Below are positions 1-10,769 of a stretch of 33,996 bases of DNA, piece after piece (position 1 is the stretch's first letter; each line of letters starts with the position of its first letter). This DNA is from Asterionella formosa (lineage: Eukaryota). Position numbers and translations under genes: made by a program. The notes beneath the pieces are model-generated. The model saw only the letters and a list, made by a program, of their open reading frames with translations. It did no database searches and was not told where the DNA came from. The stretch is taken from assembly GCA_002256025.1 (NCBI GenBank), contig NKIB01000276.1, forward strand, positions 1 to 33,996, in the 5' to 3' direction.

Positions 1-1085
1 ACGCAATTATCTCTTTGTATCTAATTTTGCTCTCACATAATATAGAAAGGCGGCGAACAAATGCTGCTTGCCTCGTCAGCTGCTTGCAAATATATGCTCG
101 CTTGTTTAAACTCTAATCTTGGAAAATTAGCTGCACCATGAGTTAATGTTAGTAATTAACTCTATTTTAATAGTCCTATGAATGAACTACTATTCCATGT
201 TTCATATTAGTAGGTCAAATCCGGCTGGAATTGGATTATTCACGTCATACTACTCGTAGACCAATTGGCTCTTGATAACCTCTAAACCAGTTTGGTTATA
301 AATGTATGTTAACAATTTTTAAAGTGTATTTAAGCAAATCTATTAGTTACAGATTCATTGTTATTGCTCTCCATGACCCAGGCAAGGTAGTCACAAACGA
401 TGAAGGAAAATTAAAGTTGATCACTCTCGTTTTGAACAATATTGTGCAGGCAAGCAACAGTTGTGGTGGCTCCAACCTTTGACTTGTTCAGGGAAGGCTC
501 TGTTTGAGCAGGCCCATTTGATTTCCAATATTAGATTTCAATGTTGAATTGATGTAGAGGTGTCCTGGATGTAGTCGTCGACTGGGAGAGGCGTCCATCC
601 GGCTGCTGATGAGCGCTATCTTATTTATTCTGAGCGACATACGTGCATACCAGTTTCGGTAAATACACTATTTAACTTAAAACCGGTATTTAATACGACC
701 GTTATCCGGTCCCACAACAACCTCGACACCCATGAGAAGTTCTTCGAGCTTCTACTTTTTGTGTGTGGTAGTATTACATGTGTATTAAGGTTATACACAA
801 CCGCGATATACATAAATATATATCGATGGCGACGGAATTATTCTCATTCTCTTTTATGTACAGTTTATATAGTGATTATACATAAATATGAAGGTGAGGA
901 GTACAAAATAAATACCGGTAGGATGATACATATACCGTATATTATTCACATGCCGGTACACCATCTCATAAAATGGAAAATGACAGGAAACAAATAGCCC
1001 AAGCAATTTCATTTTGCTCTTTCGAAACAGCGGCTGCCACTACCGGCATATACATAGCAGGAATATATTCATCAATTCTTCGACC

Positions 1086-2117
1086 ATGATTGTCAAGACG
1101 AGCCGGCAGACCACCTTTCATCTCCTTCTCTCAATGGAGGGATCGACTATTCCTATCATTTTACCTAAAATATTATTTGCTACCACGTTGGGGGTGTTCG
1201 CGAAATTGGTGTGCGATGGCACGTTTGGCGATGACGTCCAAGCTGAACTGAAATTTTCGTTTTCGCCCTTTACAGCCTTGGGAGTGGCGATTTCACTCTT
1301 CCTTGGATTCCATAATAATGCCAGCTATGGTCGATGGTGGGAAGCCCGACAGATTTGGGGAACGCAAGTCCTTGCAGTTCGGAACTTGATTCGATTTTTC
1401 TTGGGGGTCATGGATATCAATGACGACGAAAAGTACATACCTGAAGAGGAATCAAAAGACGAAGCATGTGAGGGCGATATAGAAGATGCAGTACAATGTG
1501 AGGATGAATCTATGGCAAGAAATTGGCGTGAAAAAATAATTGTGCTGGCGATGGCACAAACGCACGCCATCCGCAGTCAGCTGCGACCGTCGTGCAAATC
1601 AGATACCCCACTAACAGCATTACAGGATAGAAATAGATTTCTTGATGCTTCCGATCGTATCATTGTGGATAATGCACCTAATCCTGGTAACGCTATACTG
1701 TTACATGCCAGCAGGATACTAGGACGATCTCCATTGACCGAATACAACATGATCCAAGGAATCTTTCTAATTGATCAACTTGCTGAGATTCAAGCAAAAT
1801 GTGAGCGAATCCACAATACATCGTTGCCATTTGCATATTCGTTATTGGTGCATCGAACTGCCTTTTTTTACGTTGTTTTGGCACCCTTTGCTATGGTTGA
1901 CACAATGGGGTGGTGGACTCCACTTTTTACTGCCATTTTGGCATACACCTTTTTCGGCTTTGACGAGTTGGCCCGTCAGATTCAAGAACCATTTCAAGAT
2001 GAGCCTCATTGTTTGGCACTATCAGCTATGTGTCGTTCCGTAGAAATCGATGTGTGCGAGGCTTTAAAGCGGAAAATCCCGTACCCTTTGGAACCCATAA
2101 ATTCTGTTCTAATGTAA
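1086..2117 (+). CDS. Bestrophin-family anion channel (YneE/UPF0187/KpBest-like), copy 1, 343 aa
   Basis: Motifs LGVAISLFLGFHNNASYGRWWEARQIWG, CERIHNTSLPFAY and FFGFDELARQIQEPF. The ATG at 1086 aligns with the start of the paralog at 4048; the ORF track start at 1014 is a TTG. Confidence 0.9.
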   Translation: MIVKTSRQTTFHLLLSMEGSTIPIILPKILFATTLGVFAKLVCDGTFGDDVQAELKFSFSPFTALGVAISLFLGFHNNASYGRWWEARQIWGTQVLAVRNLIRFFLGVMDINDDEKYIPEEESKDEACEGDIEDAVQCEDESMARNWREKIIVLAMAQTHAIRSQLRPSCKSDTPLTALQDRNRFLDASDRIIVDNAPNPGNAILLHASRILGRSPLTEYNMIQGIFLIDQLAEIQAKCERIHNTSLPFAYSLLVHRTAFFYVVLAPFAMVDTMGWWTPLFTAILAYTFFGFDELARQIQEPFQDEPHCLALSAMCRSVEIDVCEALKRKIPYPLEPINSVLM

Positions 2118-3585
2118 TGAGTTAAAAAAGCAAAATCACTACCATGGTCTAAATCAAGGCTTGAGTCTATGTCTCATTATCTATAAAAGTTGACAAGATG
2201 GTGTTTCTTCTGAACTTTTCATGTTTGCGATGAGCTGAGCAAAGAGATGATAACCAGGGATACAATGCGAAGGATTTATTGTCATGTATCTAGCCTACAT
2301 ATAGGTACCTATGTCGAGTTTTGTTCGATATGCTCTGGCGACCGGCAACAAATTTTTTAGTCAAAGTAATCAAATAAGTGATCTCCAGTTGTGCTGGGAG
2401 GAAGAGTAACAGTACCGGTAGCAGGAAACACTTCCGGATATCATCTTGCTCATCTTGCTTAGCCTTTAGCTCCTTGTCGTTCAGAGTGTTGTACTGTACC
2501 AGTACCCGAAAACCGGTACATAGGAAAGATAAAAAACATGGAAGGATTATAACTGTATACATGGATGAATAAGAGTGCTTGTTAAGTCATCTTTGTTCTT
2601 GTTTAAGGGTGTATGTATAATATTTATCAACGTTTATTAAAATGTGATGAAAGGTAAAAAAAGAAGGCGGGCAGAGTAGGGTCAATTACCGGTACCACAA
2701 CATCAGAAGAAAACCATCAAGGCTGAGGAGCATACGTATGCAGTGGGACATCCTTCTTACCGTTAGTATTATAGACGAGGGAAACAGGGGATGTGCACAA
2801 AGCGCGCATTCAAGCCGCAGAAAAACAGGAGAGATCGGAATGCAGGCAGACTGAGGAAAAATTTAGCAAGCACGGGAGCTAATTAAAAACCTAGCAAAAT
2901 TGAAGATGAAGTTCGAAAGCAAGCAAGTGACATGTACACCAAGCAAGGAGAAGGTCACGGAAGAGTCGATCTGCCAGAGACCAACCATGCAAGGGGTCGT
3001 TTCAAGACAGCAAGGTCATAATTCTGCGAATTTTTTTTTGAACAAAAAGCAAATTGTTGATCACCAAGCCATGCAAATTTATAAAGTCTTAAGATAAAAT
3101 TCACCCACCCTTGGCTAATGTGCAAAACTCTACTGCAGCTATGGGAAACCTGGAGGAAAGGAATTACCCAATCTAGCTACTTAAAACCGAATTCAAAAAA
3201 CCAACAACGAGTTTGCTCAGAGATCAGTTGGTGCAACAATTCAACCTCTACAAAGAATCGAAATAGAAACAAAGGAACATTTGCAGAAAATGCAGTCGAA
3301 TTAGTTGGTAATTGAGTCGAAGTAACTTCGGCCAGTAAGCTACCAGGATATAGCAATGTACGTACGTACACCGGCACGAATGTGTTCATACATTTACTAG
3401 CACTGGTCGTTTGTCGTGATTGCTGATTATGTACCGGTAGACCCATCAGCTGTATCATCACCGGTATATTTACAACAAACTACCGGTAGGCAGTCTACCC
3501 CAAAAAACTCTTAGAATACCGGTAGTCCACGTACCGGGTACACACATATTTTTTCCCTTCTGCCTTGTGGGAGTAACTGTGGGTT

Positions 3586-3870
3586 GTACCTGGTACCTGG
3601 TACCTTGGTACCAGTTTCCTAGCGTGGTACTCCAGTATAGCAGTTTAGTACCTGGGTTCTGGTACCTTTTTAATTTATTCATACTGGTGCATATTGATAA
3701 AAAGGTATACCAGATACCAGGTACCTGGCACCTGCTACCATGGGTACATACGTATGATAATGAACATCATCCATGTACCCGTAATCAACATACCGGTACC
3801 ATGTACTTGCTATTTCTATTGGAGTTTTTGTTATATCGGTATGTAATGGTATACCTGGAACCGGTGGTAC
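3586..3870. repeat. Cluster of GGTACC / CCTGGTA / ACCGGT near-palindromic words upstream of bestrophin copy 2
   Basis: gtacctggtacctggtaccttggtaccag at 3586-3614, plus many further ggtacc/accggt words. Confidence 0.75.
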
Positions 3871-4047
3871 TCGTACATTTTATAAAATATTGATGAGAAA
3901 ATGTTTGTTTATTGGTGCCACAAAAATATATTTCACTACACAAAGTCAAATCTAAACCAACTCTCTCATCTACCGGTATCTAATTGCTTTGTCCTGTCGA
4001 TACAACTGCCGCTACTCCACAGCAATATATAAAACAATTCCTCGACC

Positions 4048-5076
4048 ATGATTGTCAAGACGAGCCGGCAGACCACCTTCCATCTCCTTCTTTCCATGCA
4101 GGGGTCAATCATTCCTGCAATCGCTCACAAAATATTGTTTGCCACCATCTTGGGCGTGATCGCCAAATTTGTGTACGACGGCAAGTTTGGAGATGATGTT
4201 GAAGCTGCTATGACCTTTTCGTTTTCGCCATTTACAGCCTTGGGAGTGGCTATTTCACTCTTCCTTGGATTCCACAACAACGCCAGCTATGGTCGATGGT
4301 GGGAAGCCCGACAAATTTGGGGAACACAAGTCGTTGCAATGCGGAACATGATTCGATTTTTCTTGGGGGTTTTGGATGTCAGTGATGACGATATCAACAT
4401 AACCGAGGAGGTAGATAAATCAGCCATTGACGGCGACGTGGAAGAGGCAGTATCGTCTGAGGATGAATCCATGGCGAGAAATTGGCGTGAAAAGATCATT
4501 TTGCTTGCCGTGGCGCAAACACATGCCCTCCGAAGTCAGCTGCGACCATCGTGCAAATCAGATACCCCACTAACAGCATTACAGGATAGAAATAGATTTC
4601 TTGATGCTGCGGATCTACTGGTGGTGGAAAATTCGCCTAACCCTGCCAACGCTATCTTGTTACACGCTAGCAAGATATTAGGACAAGCTCCATTAACCGA
4701 ATACTACATGATCCAAGGATGCATTCTGCTTGATCAACTCTGTGATATTCAAGCCAAAAGTGAGAGAATCCAAAATACATCGTTACCGTTTGCATATTCT
4801 TTATTGGTGCATCGAACTGCTTTTGTTTACGTTGTTTTGGCACCTTTTGCTATGGTAGAAGCAATGGGGTGGTGGACGCCGCTCTTCGCTGCCATTTTGG
4901 CATATACATTTTTCGGTTTTGACGAGTTGGCCCGTCAGATTCAAGAACCCTTTCAGGACGAACCTCATTGTTTGGCATTATCAGCAATGTGTCGCACAGT
5001 TGAGATTGATGTGTGTGATGCCCTAAAGCGGGAAATCCCTCAAAAACTGATACCTATAGATTCTGTCCTAATGTAA
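4048..5076 (+). CDS. Bestrophin-family anion channel, copy 2, 342 aa
   Basis: Collinear paralog of 1086-2117 carrying the same signature motifs; intact ORF. Confidence 0.92.
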   Translation: MIVKTSRQTTFHLLLSMQGSIIPAIAHKILFATILGVIAKFVYDGKFGDDVEAAMTFSFSPFTALGVAISLFLGFHNNASYGRWWEARQIWGTQVVAMRNMIRFFLGVLDVSDDDINITEEVDKSAIDGDVEEAVSSEDESMARNWREKIILLAVAQTHALRSQLRPSCKSDTPLTALQDRNRFLDAADLLVVENSPNPANAILLHASKILGQAPLTEYYMIQGCILLDQLCDIQAKSERIQNTSLPFAYSLLVHRTAFVYVVLAPFAMVEAMGWWTPLFAAILAYTFFGFDELARQIQEPFQDEPHCLALSAMCRTVEIDVCDALKREIPQKLIPIDSVLM

Positions 5077-5137
5077 ATTCGGCAAGTCCATCGACACCAA
5101 CGCTCCTCAACCAACCCGGGAATAGGTCTTATTGCAG

Positions 5138-7246
5138 TTACACTTCAACCACGTTCTCCTTGCGAAATTTATTTCTCTTCAACGAGATGAGCAGAGTATC
5201 ACTATCCGAAGAATCGTCAGGTTTTCGTTGTACACCAGAGTCTCGTAGCTTCCCTTTTACAGAACGTCTAATCCCTACTGCCTTCTTCTTTTTCTTTGCC
5301 GCTACTTTCTTCGTTGATAACAATGTGCTCTTGCGCTTTTGTGTCTCACTTTTTCTCGTTTCTGTCCGTGTTGAATCAGCTCTCCTCGTCCGTACAGCAC
5401 CCTTGGATGTAGACGGTTTTGATGCTACCTGTTCAAACAGTTGTGCAATCCTCTGTTGCGAAGTCATTATCTCCCTCCAACGTTTCTTGTAGGGCGTTGT
5501 TTTGATTGCCTCTATATCGCGGCCCAACATTTGTACTTCTTCATCCAATCTCACAACGATATTGTGAACTTCTATTTGAGTCACGAAACATGTCCTAGCA
5601 ATGTGTTCCAACAAAAGCAAGTACTGTGGATGAAGGTCTGATATATCCTCCTGTCTCTCATCTTTCTTGTCATACAAAATGTACATGCCCAAACCGTTGG
5701 CATCTGCCCACACGGCTCGTGACTTGCGAACGCGAAGAAAAAAGTCATGATGTTTTTGGCGACGATCCATGTTGAGAGGTTGATTGGGATTAGGTGCACC
5801 AGCAATCAGAATAGGGAAGGATTCCGACGACCGGTCTTTGTCATCTATTACCTGCAACCGGTTGGTAAATTCAGGCATGATACTTCCCGTTGCATCCACT
5901 CTGCCATTTCTATCGCAAAAATCTAAATAAGAATTCAAATGACTATTTCGCAATTGTTGTGCCATGGCATCGTTCCATGGCATCTCTGGCGAACACCTAT
6001 AGTACTTCCATGACTGCCAATCTGGACACATTTTTACGGCGACAACCAGGACTCCCAGAATGTGACGAATATCCTTGATATTCAATCGGACCAGGGGTTT
6101 TGGTAACCAGTAGCGCGGGGGACCTCGGTATTGACCCATCAACGCCAAGGCATTGTCTAAGACTTGCTGACGGAATCCAAGCTCCATGACGAGGCGTGTC
6201 ATCAGGATTGGAATTGATGTTGGTGTGATGAGACTAGTTGGTGAAACGTCGTCCTGTTTTCTCGAAGTTATTAACAACAACTTTGCTTGATATTCCACTT
6301 GATAGATTGATGGGATTGACTCAAGTCGAAAAAAATAGGCAATATGGTGAAGTTTTTCTTGTAGCTCCTTTGTCAAACAGTTTTGAAAGGCATTCAGAAG
6401 GGGTAGTTTGCCATTGGCTATCCAGGTTATGACGTGATGTCCAGCAATTCCTAGGCGATACGTGGCCAGTAACAGCACACTAGCCACTTGGGTCATGCTG
6501 GGTTTGGTTCTTAAAGCTGCTTCTAGTCGGCCTTTTCGCTTGTACAGGTCCAACATTTCCAAAATGTTTACAGCGGTACCAGTGTTGATTTGTGTTCCAT
6601 TTGTGTCTTGTTCATCATTATCCTGATTTTCGCCTGCGTCGTCTATTTCTTGGTTGATCTTTTTCATCGCTTCATAGCTCAGATACCTCAAAATTTGAGC
6701 CCTATGAGGGGCTAGATTAATGAAAGCATCCCGCAAGCAAAATCTAACCTCGGGATGGAGCTTGCCATAAAAATCAGCCCCTTCCTTCCACGTTTTGAGA
6801 AAGGAGAACCAAATCGTTTTGACCCTATCATGAACCGATGCTGCCGTCTCCTTGTCCAAGTCTAAAAGATCACACAGGACAATGGTAGAGACTTGAAGCA
6901 CCACTTTATACCCTTCCAGACATGTCTCTAACGAAGGAAAGGGCGTTGACGTGTCCCACTCGTCAAGACTCACTTTCACAAAGGTTCCTTTATTGCGACG
7001 CTTTCGAATTCCCATTATCTGTCCTGACTGATTGCGGGCTGCCAAGGCTTGAACTTCATCCACATCCATTTCTTCTTGTGTGTGAGCTTGGGATTGCGTA
7101 TAGCACGATGCACAAACCAAAGCGCCAGTCGTAGAGTCCTTGTAGTTGTCAGTCGAGCCACAATTCGGACACGACCTTGACAAGAAGTTGTTGTTGTCGT
7201 GAGAAGCGTCGTCATCGTCGTCGTCGTCGTCATAATAGAACGACAT
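5138..7246 (-). CDS. RRN7: RRN7/TAF1B-like RNA polymerase I initiation factor, 702 aa
   Basis: N-terminal zinc ribbon CPNCGS...GALVCASCYTQ; helical middle with a WIANGKLPLLNAF segment resembling TAF1B/Rrn7 cyclin-like repeats; basic, NLS-like C-terminus. Confidence 0.6.
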   Translation of the reverse strand: MSFYYDDDDDDDDASHDNNNFLSRSCPNCGSTDNYKDSTTGALVCASCYTQSQAHTQEEMDVDEVQALAARNQSGQIMGIRKRRNKGTFVKVSLDEWDTSTPFPSLETCLEGYKVVLQVSTIVLCDLLDLDKETAASVHDRVKTIWFSFLKTWKEGADFYGKLHPEVRFCLRDAFINLAPHRAQILRYLSYEAMKKINQEIDDAGENQDNDEQDTNGTQINTGTAVNILEMLDLYKRKGRLEAALRTKPSMTQVASVLLLATYRLGIAGHHVITWIANGKLPLLNAFQNCLTKELQEKLHHIAYFFRLESIPSIYQVEYQAKLLLITSRKQDDVSPTSLITPTSIPILMTRLVMELGFRQQVLDNALALMGQYRGPPRYWLPKPLVRLNIKDIRHILGVLVVAVKMCPDWQSWKYYRCSPEMPWNDAMAQQLRNSHLNSYLDFCDRNGRVDATGSIMPEFTNRLQVIDDKDRSSESFPILIAGAPNPNQPLNMDRRQKHHDFFLRVRKSRAVWADANGLGMYILYDKKDERQEDISDLHPQYLLLLEHIARTCFVTQIEVHNIVVRLDEEVQMLGRDIEAIKTTPYKKRWREIMTSQQRIAQLFEQVASKPSTSKGAVRTRRADSTRTETRKSETQKRKSTLLSTKKVAAKKKKKAVGIRRSVKGKLRDSGVQRKPDDSSDSDTLLISLKRNKFRKENVVEV

Positions 7247-8057
7247 GCTTTACAGTTCGTTGCGAGTATTATGATCGAGGAGTAAGGTACGGGGCTGAAA
7301 CAGTCGTCATCGGTGATTGTTAGTCTTGTGCGTTCAATTCGTTAAATATGTTTTACATATTTTTTGACGGTGTATTTATATCCATAATAAGCCGCCGAAC
7401 AAAAAGTGATACGAAACCGTAAATTAAAATTTACTTAAAAAAATCTTGTGGAAAATATTATAGCTAAGCAACAATGATCAAATTTTATCATTTGTTGTTT
7501 AATTCAAAATCATCTCTTCATATGCACTGTGTCAAAAGTCTACTAATGGGAGGTATTGAAAGCAGATATTAGGATGATCCATATCAAGACTAATAAATCT
7601 TTAATAAAGCATAAGTGCTACATGGCAACATTACTGGAGATGGATGTCGCTGTCGTCACTGGAATGTTATGGAGTGACAAAAGGGCCAACTACATGCACT
7701 ATTACTCGGATTGAATTTCCTGCCTATCCTATTTCAACGCTTGCTACAATAGGGAGGAGTGGTAGCTTCGTCTGGTTTAAGTACCACTCTGTCAAAGTGA
7801 CTTTCACCAACTCAATACATATTAGAGAAGGGCCATGTTTGTCATTTACTGGCTAGTGATCGGATCCTATTCCATGGTGTGTATAAGCGACTTGACTGCA
7901 CCTACTATTAGATGCTCATGAGCTCCCTTGCTTAGCATGCCGAGCTGAAAACGTTCCATTATTACAGACAGACTCGACCCATGGCATCATCTGATCGCGA
8001 TTAGTATGTCTGGCATGTCCCCCTTTGGCTGATTTTGTGTTTCACTCTTGAAACGTT

Positions 8058-9797
8058 TTATGGTATTATGAACCCATTTATATTCCGACCTCTTGTGCCC
8101 TTCATACCATCCTTTCTTTGTCGTCCTCCTTTTCCAGTGTGAGGTTTCGGTGAAGGAGCGACGACAGCAGAATAACCATCGTCGTCAGCTGGACCTACTT
8201 TGTCGTCATTTGGTGGACCTTCATTGTCATCGTCTGCTGGTCCAATTTTGCTTCCCATTCCCATCATGCCCATTCCCATCATATCCATCCCACCTTTACC
8301 CATTCCCATCATATCCATCCCACCTTTACCCATACCCATCATATCCATCCCACCTTTACCCATTCCCATCATACCCTTCCCAGCCTTTTCCATGTTTTTA
8401 CTCTTCCCCATACCCATCATGCCCATAACTTCTTTACTCGTTCCCATTCCCATCATGCCCATAACTTCTTTACTCTTTCCCATTCCCATTCGCATTCCCA
8501 TACTGCCCTTGCTCATGCCCATAACAGTAGGCACGTCTGGAACATAGGGTGCATAAAAGGGAGCCACTGGTCTCCCGTACGGGGCAACTACAGGGGACAC
8601 AACGGGAGGTACAACTGGAGGTACAACGGGAGCTGCGACGGGAGATGCAACTGGAGGTGCGACGGGAGGTGTAACAGGAGCTGCGACGGGAGCTGCAACA
8701 GGAGCTGCGACGGGAGCTGCAACAGGAACTGCGACGGGAGCTGCAACAGGAGCTGCGACGGGAGCTGCAACAGGAGCTGCGACGGGAGGTACAACAGGAG
8801 CTGCAACGGGAGCTGCGGCGGGAGATGCAACTGGGGCAAGCGTAGCAGTCTTAGGTAGTGGGGATGGAGAAGTAGTAATTGGAGCAACAGTCTCTTGTGG
8901 CGGAGGCGAAAACGCTGACGGAACAGGGGTCCCTACGGTCCCTGTTGATGGAGCAGGGGTCCCTGCGACCCCTGTTGACGGAGCTGCAGCGGGAGCAATT
9001 GTGCCATCCATGCAAGCACACGGCGCGACATAAACAGAAGTAAAGGAACATGTCAGTTCGTCAATAGAGCCGTCTAACCCCAAACGCTGATATTCTTCAC
9101 ATGTTTCCGGAGGCATTCGGTTATCGACATTTGCGGTTGGGTTTGTAACAACCTTTCCTGTACCACAAACTGAACATGTAGGATATGTCCCTCTTGATGT
9201 CGCAGCAGTAGGTAGACTAGTTGCTGAGGGAGCAGCCGCCGGAGCTTGGTCTATAGAAGATACAATGAATCTGGAGTAGTAATATATGCTTTCAACACTG
9301 TCGTTGTCGACGACAATTGTCACATCCAAGGGCATGTCTGCTGCAACTGCATCCAAATTAAGATAGGCAGTAATGGTAGTCTTGTCGTCGCTAGTAGTAT
9401 GCGTAATTCCCCCAACACCCGCTGCTGTACAGAGAGGAGATACCTTCAGCTGACTGTCAGTGTTGCCATCAAAGGCAAGATCAGTCATGGCTCCTGTTTC
9501 CCCTAATCGTATAAGGAAACCCTTGAATTGCTTGCTACTTGAATTTATTGTCAAGGAAGTTTTGGTATTAATGGGGAAGGTGAACGTTTGGAATTGAGCA
9601 AGAACGGAGTCTCCCAGAGTGACAGAGAAGCCTCCATCTGAAAGGGGTCCAGTGTTGATGGGTTTCCCGGTGGCCACATGGCTCTCCCCAGGTTGTCCAA
9701 TGGCATCGGCGCCTTCAGCACAGCTGCCAGCGCCATCGGGATAGGCAAGCACTGACTTGCACAACGCTGCAAAGACGAGAGGAGTAAAAAAGAGCAT
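8058..9797 (-). CDS. Secreted Reeler-like + 6-Cys domain + Pro/Ala/Val stalk protein with Met/Gly/Lys tail, copy 1, 579 aa
   Basis: Signal peptide MLFFTPLVFAALCKSVLA-YPDG; Reeler-type motifs YPDGAGSC, FKGFLIRL and GITHT...K; CSVCG...C...C...CAC domain; (PVAA)n stalk; MGMGKGGMDM repeats. First ATG is at 9797. Confidence 0.85.
   Translation of the reverse strand: MLFFTPLVFAALCKSVLAYPDGAGSCAEGADAIGQPGESHVATGKPINTGPLSDGGFSVTLGDSVLAQFQTFTFPINTKTSLTINSSSKQFKGFLIRLGETGAMTDLAFDGNTDSQLKVSPLCTAAGVGGITHTTSDDKTTITAYLNLDAVAADMPLDVTIVVDNDSVESIYYYSRFIVSSIDQAPAAAPSATSLPTAATSRGTYPTCSVCGTGKVVTNPTANVDNRMPPETCEEYQRLGLDGSIDELTCSFTSVYVAPCACMDGTIAPAAAPSTGVAGTPAPSTGTVGTPVPSAFSPPPQETVAPITTSPSPLPKTATLAPVASPAAAPVAAPVVPPVAAPVAAPVAAPVAAPVAVPVAAPVAAPVAAPVAAPVTPPVAPPVASPVAAPVVPPVVPPVVSPVVAPYGRPVAPFYAPYVPDVPTVMGMSKGSMGMRMGMGKSKEVMGMMGMGTSKEVMGMMGMGKSKNMEKAGKGMMGMGKGGMDMMGMGKGGMDMMGMGKGGMDMMGMGMMGMGSKIGPADDDNEGPPNDDKVGPADDDGYSAVVAPSPKPHTGKGGRQRKDGMKGTRGRNINGFIIP
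8250..8523 (-). repeat. Coding tandem repeats: 30-bp unit (MGMGKGGMDM x3) and 36-bp unit (MGMG(K/T)SKEVMGM x2)
   Basis: cccattcccatcatatccatcccacctttac occurs about three times; ccatcatgcccataacttctttactc occurs twice. Confidence 0.9.
8590..8835 (-). repeat. Coding 12/24-bp repeat encoding (PVAA)n/(PPVV)n
   Basis: ggagctgcgacg and ggagctgcaaca alternate. Confidence 0.9.
9241..9769. repeat. Near-identical duplicate of 12076-12604 (Reeler-like head of copies 1 and 2)
   Basis: Ungapped alignment at offset 2835; about 14 mismatches in 529 nt by hand count. Confidence 0.92.
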
Positions 9798-10769
9798 CGT
9801 GTGCCGTCTCGTTTGGGATATTTTTAAAAGTATGACTAAGCAATTCAAACGATAGCAACTTTCATGGTACCTAACCGTCGTAATGGAACTTATTTCATAC
9901 TTCGAGCAAGACTGAAGAAGGAGGCGCGCCGTGGAGGGCCTAAACCCGGTAGAGTTACCGGATCAAGTCTACCGGGTAGTGAAAACGCAAATGAATATTT
10001 TAAGCATCGCGCACCAGAATTCAACGCATGGGTACTGTATGCATTTAAGGAGAACAAAACATGCTCACTCGCATGCATGGAGTGATTCCCCAAACAAACT
10101 CAAAATCCTTAAATAGAACTCAAACCCATGATTGATTGATTTAAAAAAAAATATATATGCTGACCAGCGAGTGTGCACATGGGACGAAATGGGAATATAT
10201 GGACAAGTTAAAACCTTTGTTGACCCTCCCCTACTATAATGCAATCTTTCGACAAGTTAAATAACTCAAATCTCCTCTATATTCTTAGTTTTAAATTGTG
10301 AGTCGTTACAATCGACCAAAAATTCAAATTTTCGGCTTGGCGAAGGCTAAAACTGCGACGCCGGGCAGGGACACTGACAGTTCCATTGCGCACGCGTTTA
10401 TTTGCGTTAGTCGTTTGTTCGTCAGCTTCAAGTTACAGAGACTTAGAGGTCAGATGTGACAGGCAATCCGCACGACAGCTTTGTCAAGGTTTCGTCAGAG
10501 CCAAAACGGAAACACTTCCCAATTTTCACTCCATGTGCCTTCGCAAATGTATGATCCAAGAGTAGCATAGAGCAGCCATGGTTCAAGTGCTGGAGACTCA
10601 GATTACACACCGATCATTCCACCCATGCCTCGCATGTCCTTCATAGGCATTGTATAAACCATTGCTGTACGATTCATTGAAGAGCCAATCTCAACCACAC
10701 CAATAGTTCCCATTTTATGTTTTCCCACACCAAGAGGTCGCATATTACGACTTCCAATGCCACCATTTT

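Noticed and set aside
607..660. CTGATGA followed by a short stem, as a possible hammerhead ribozyme core
   Set aside because: No GAAA after the putative stem II and no convincing stems I/III.
2640..3320. Purine-rich, coding-like stretch between the bestrophins (similarly 31400-32400)
   Set aside because: May be decayed genes or elements, but fragmented with no diagnostic motif.
3470..3893. Short ORFs with YLVPGT/WYQ words (also near 15648-15969, 25165-25541 and 31044-31319)
   Set aside because: Translations of the GGTACC motif islands.
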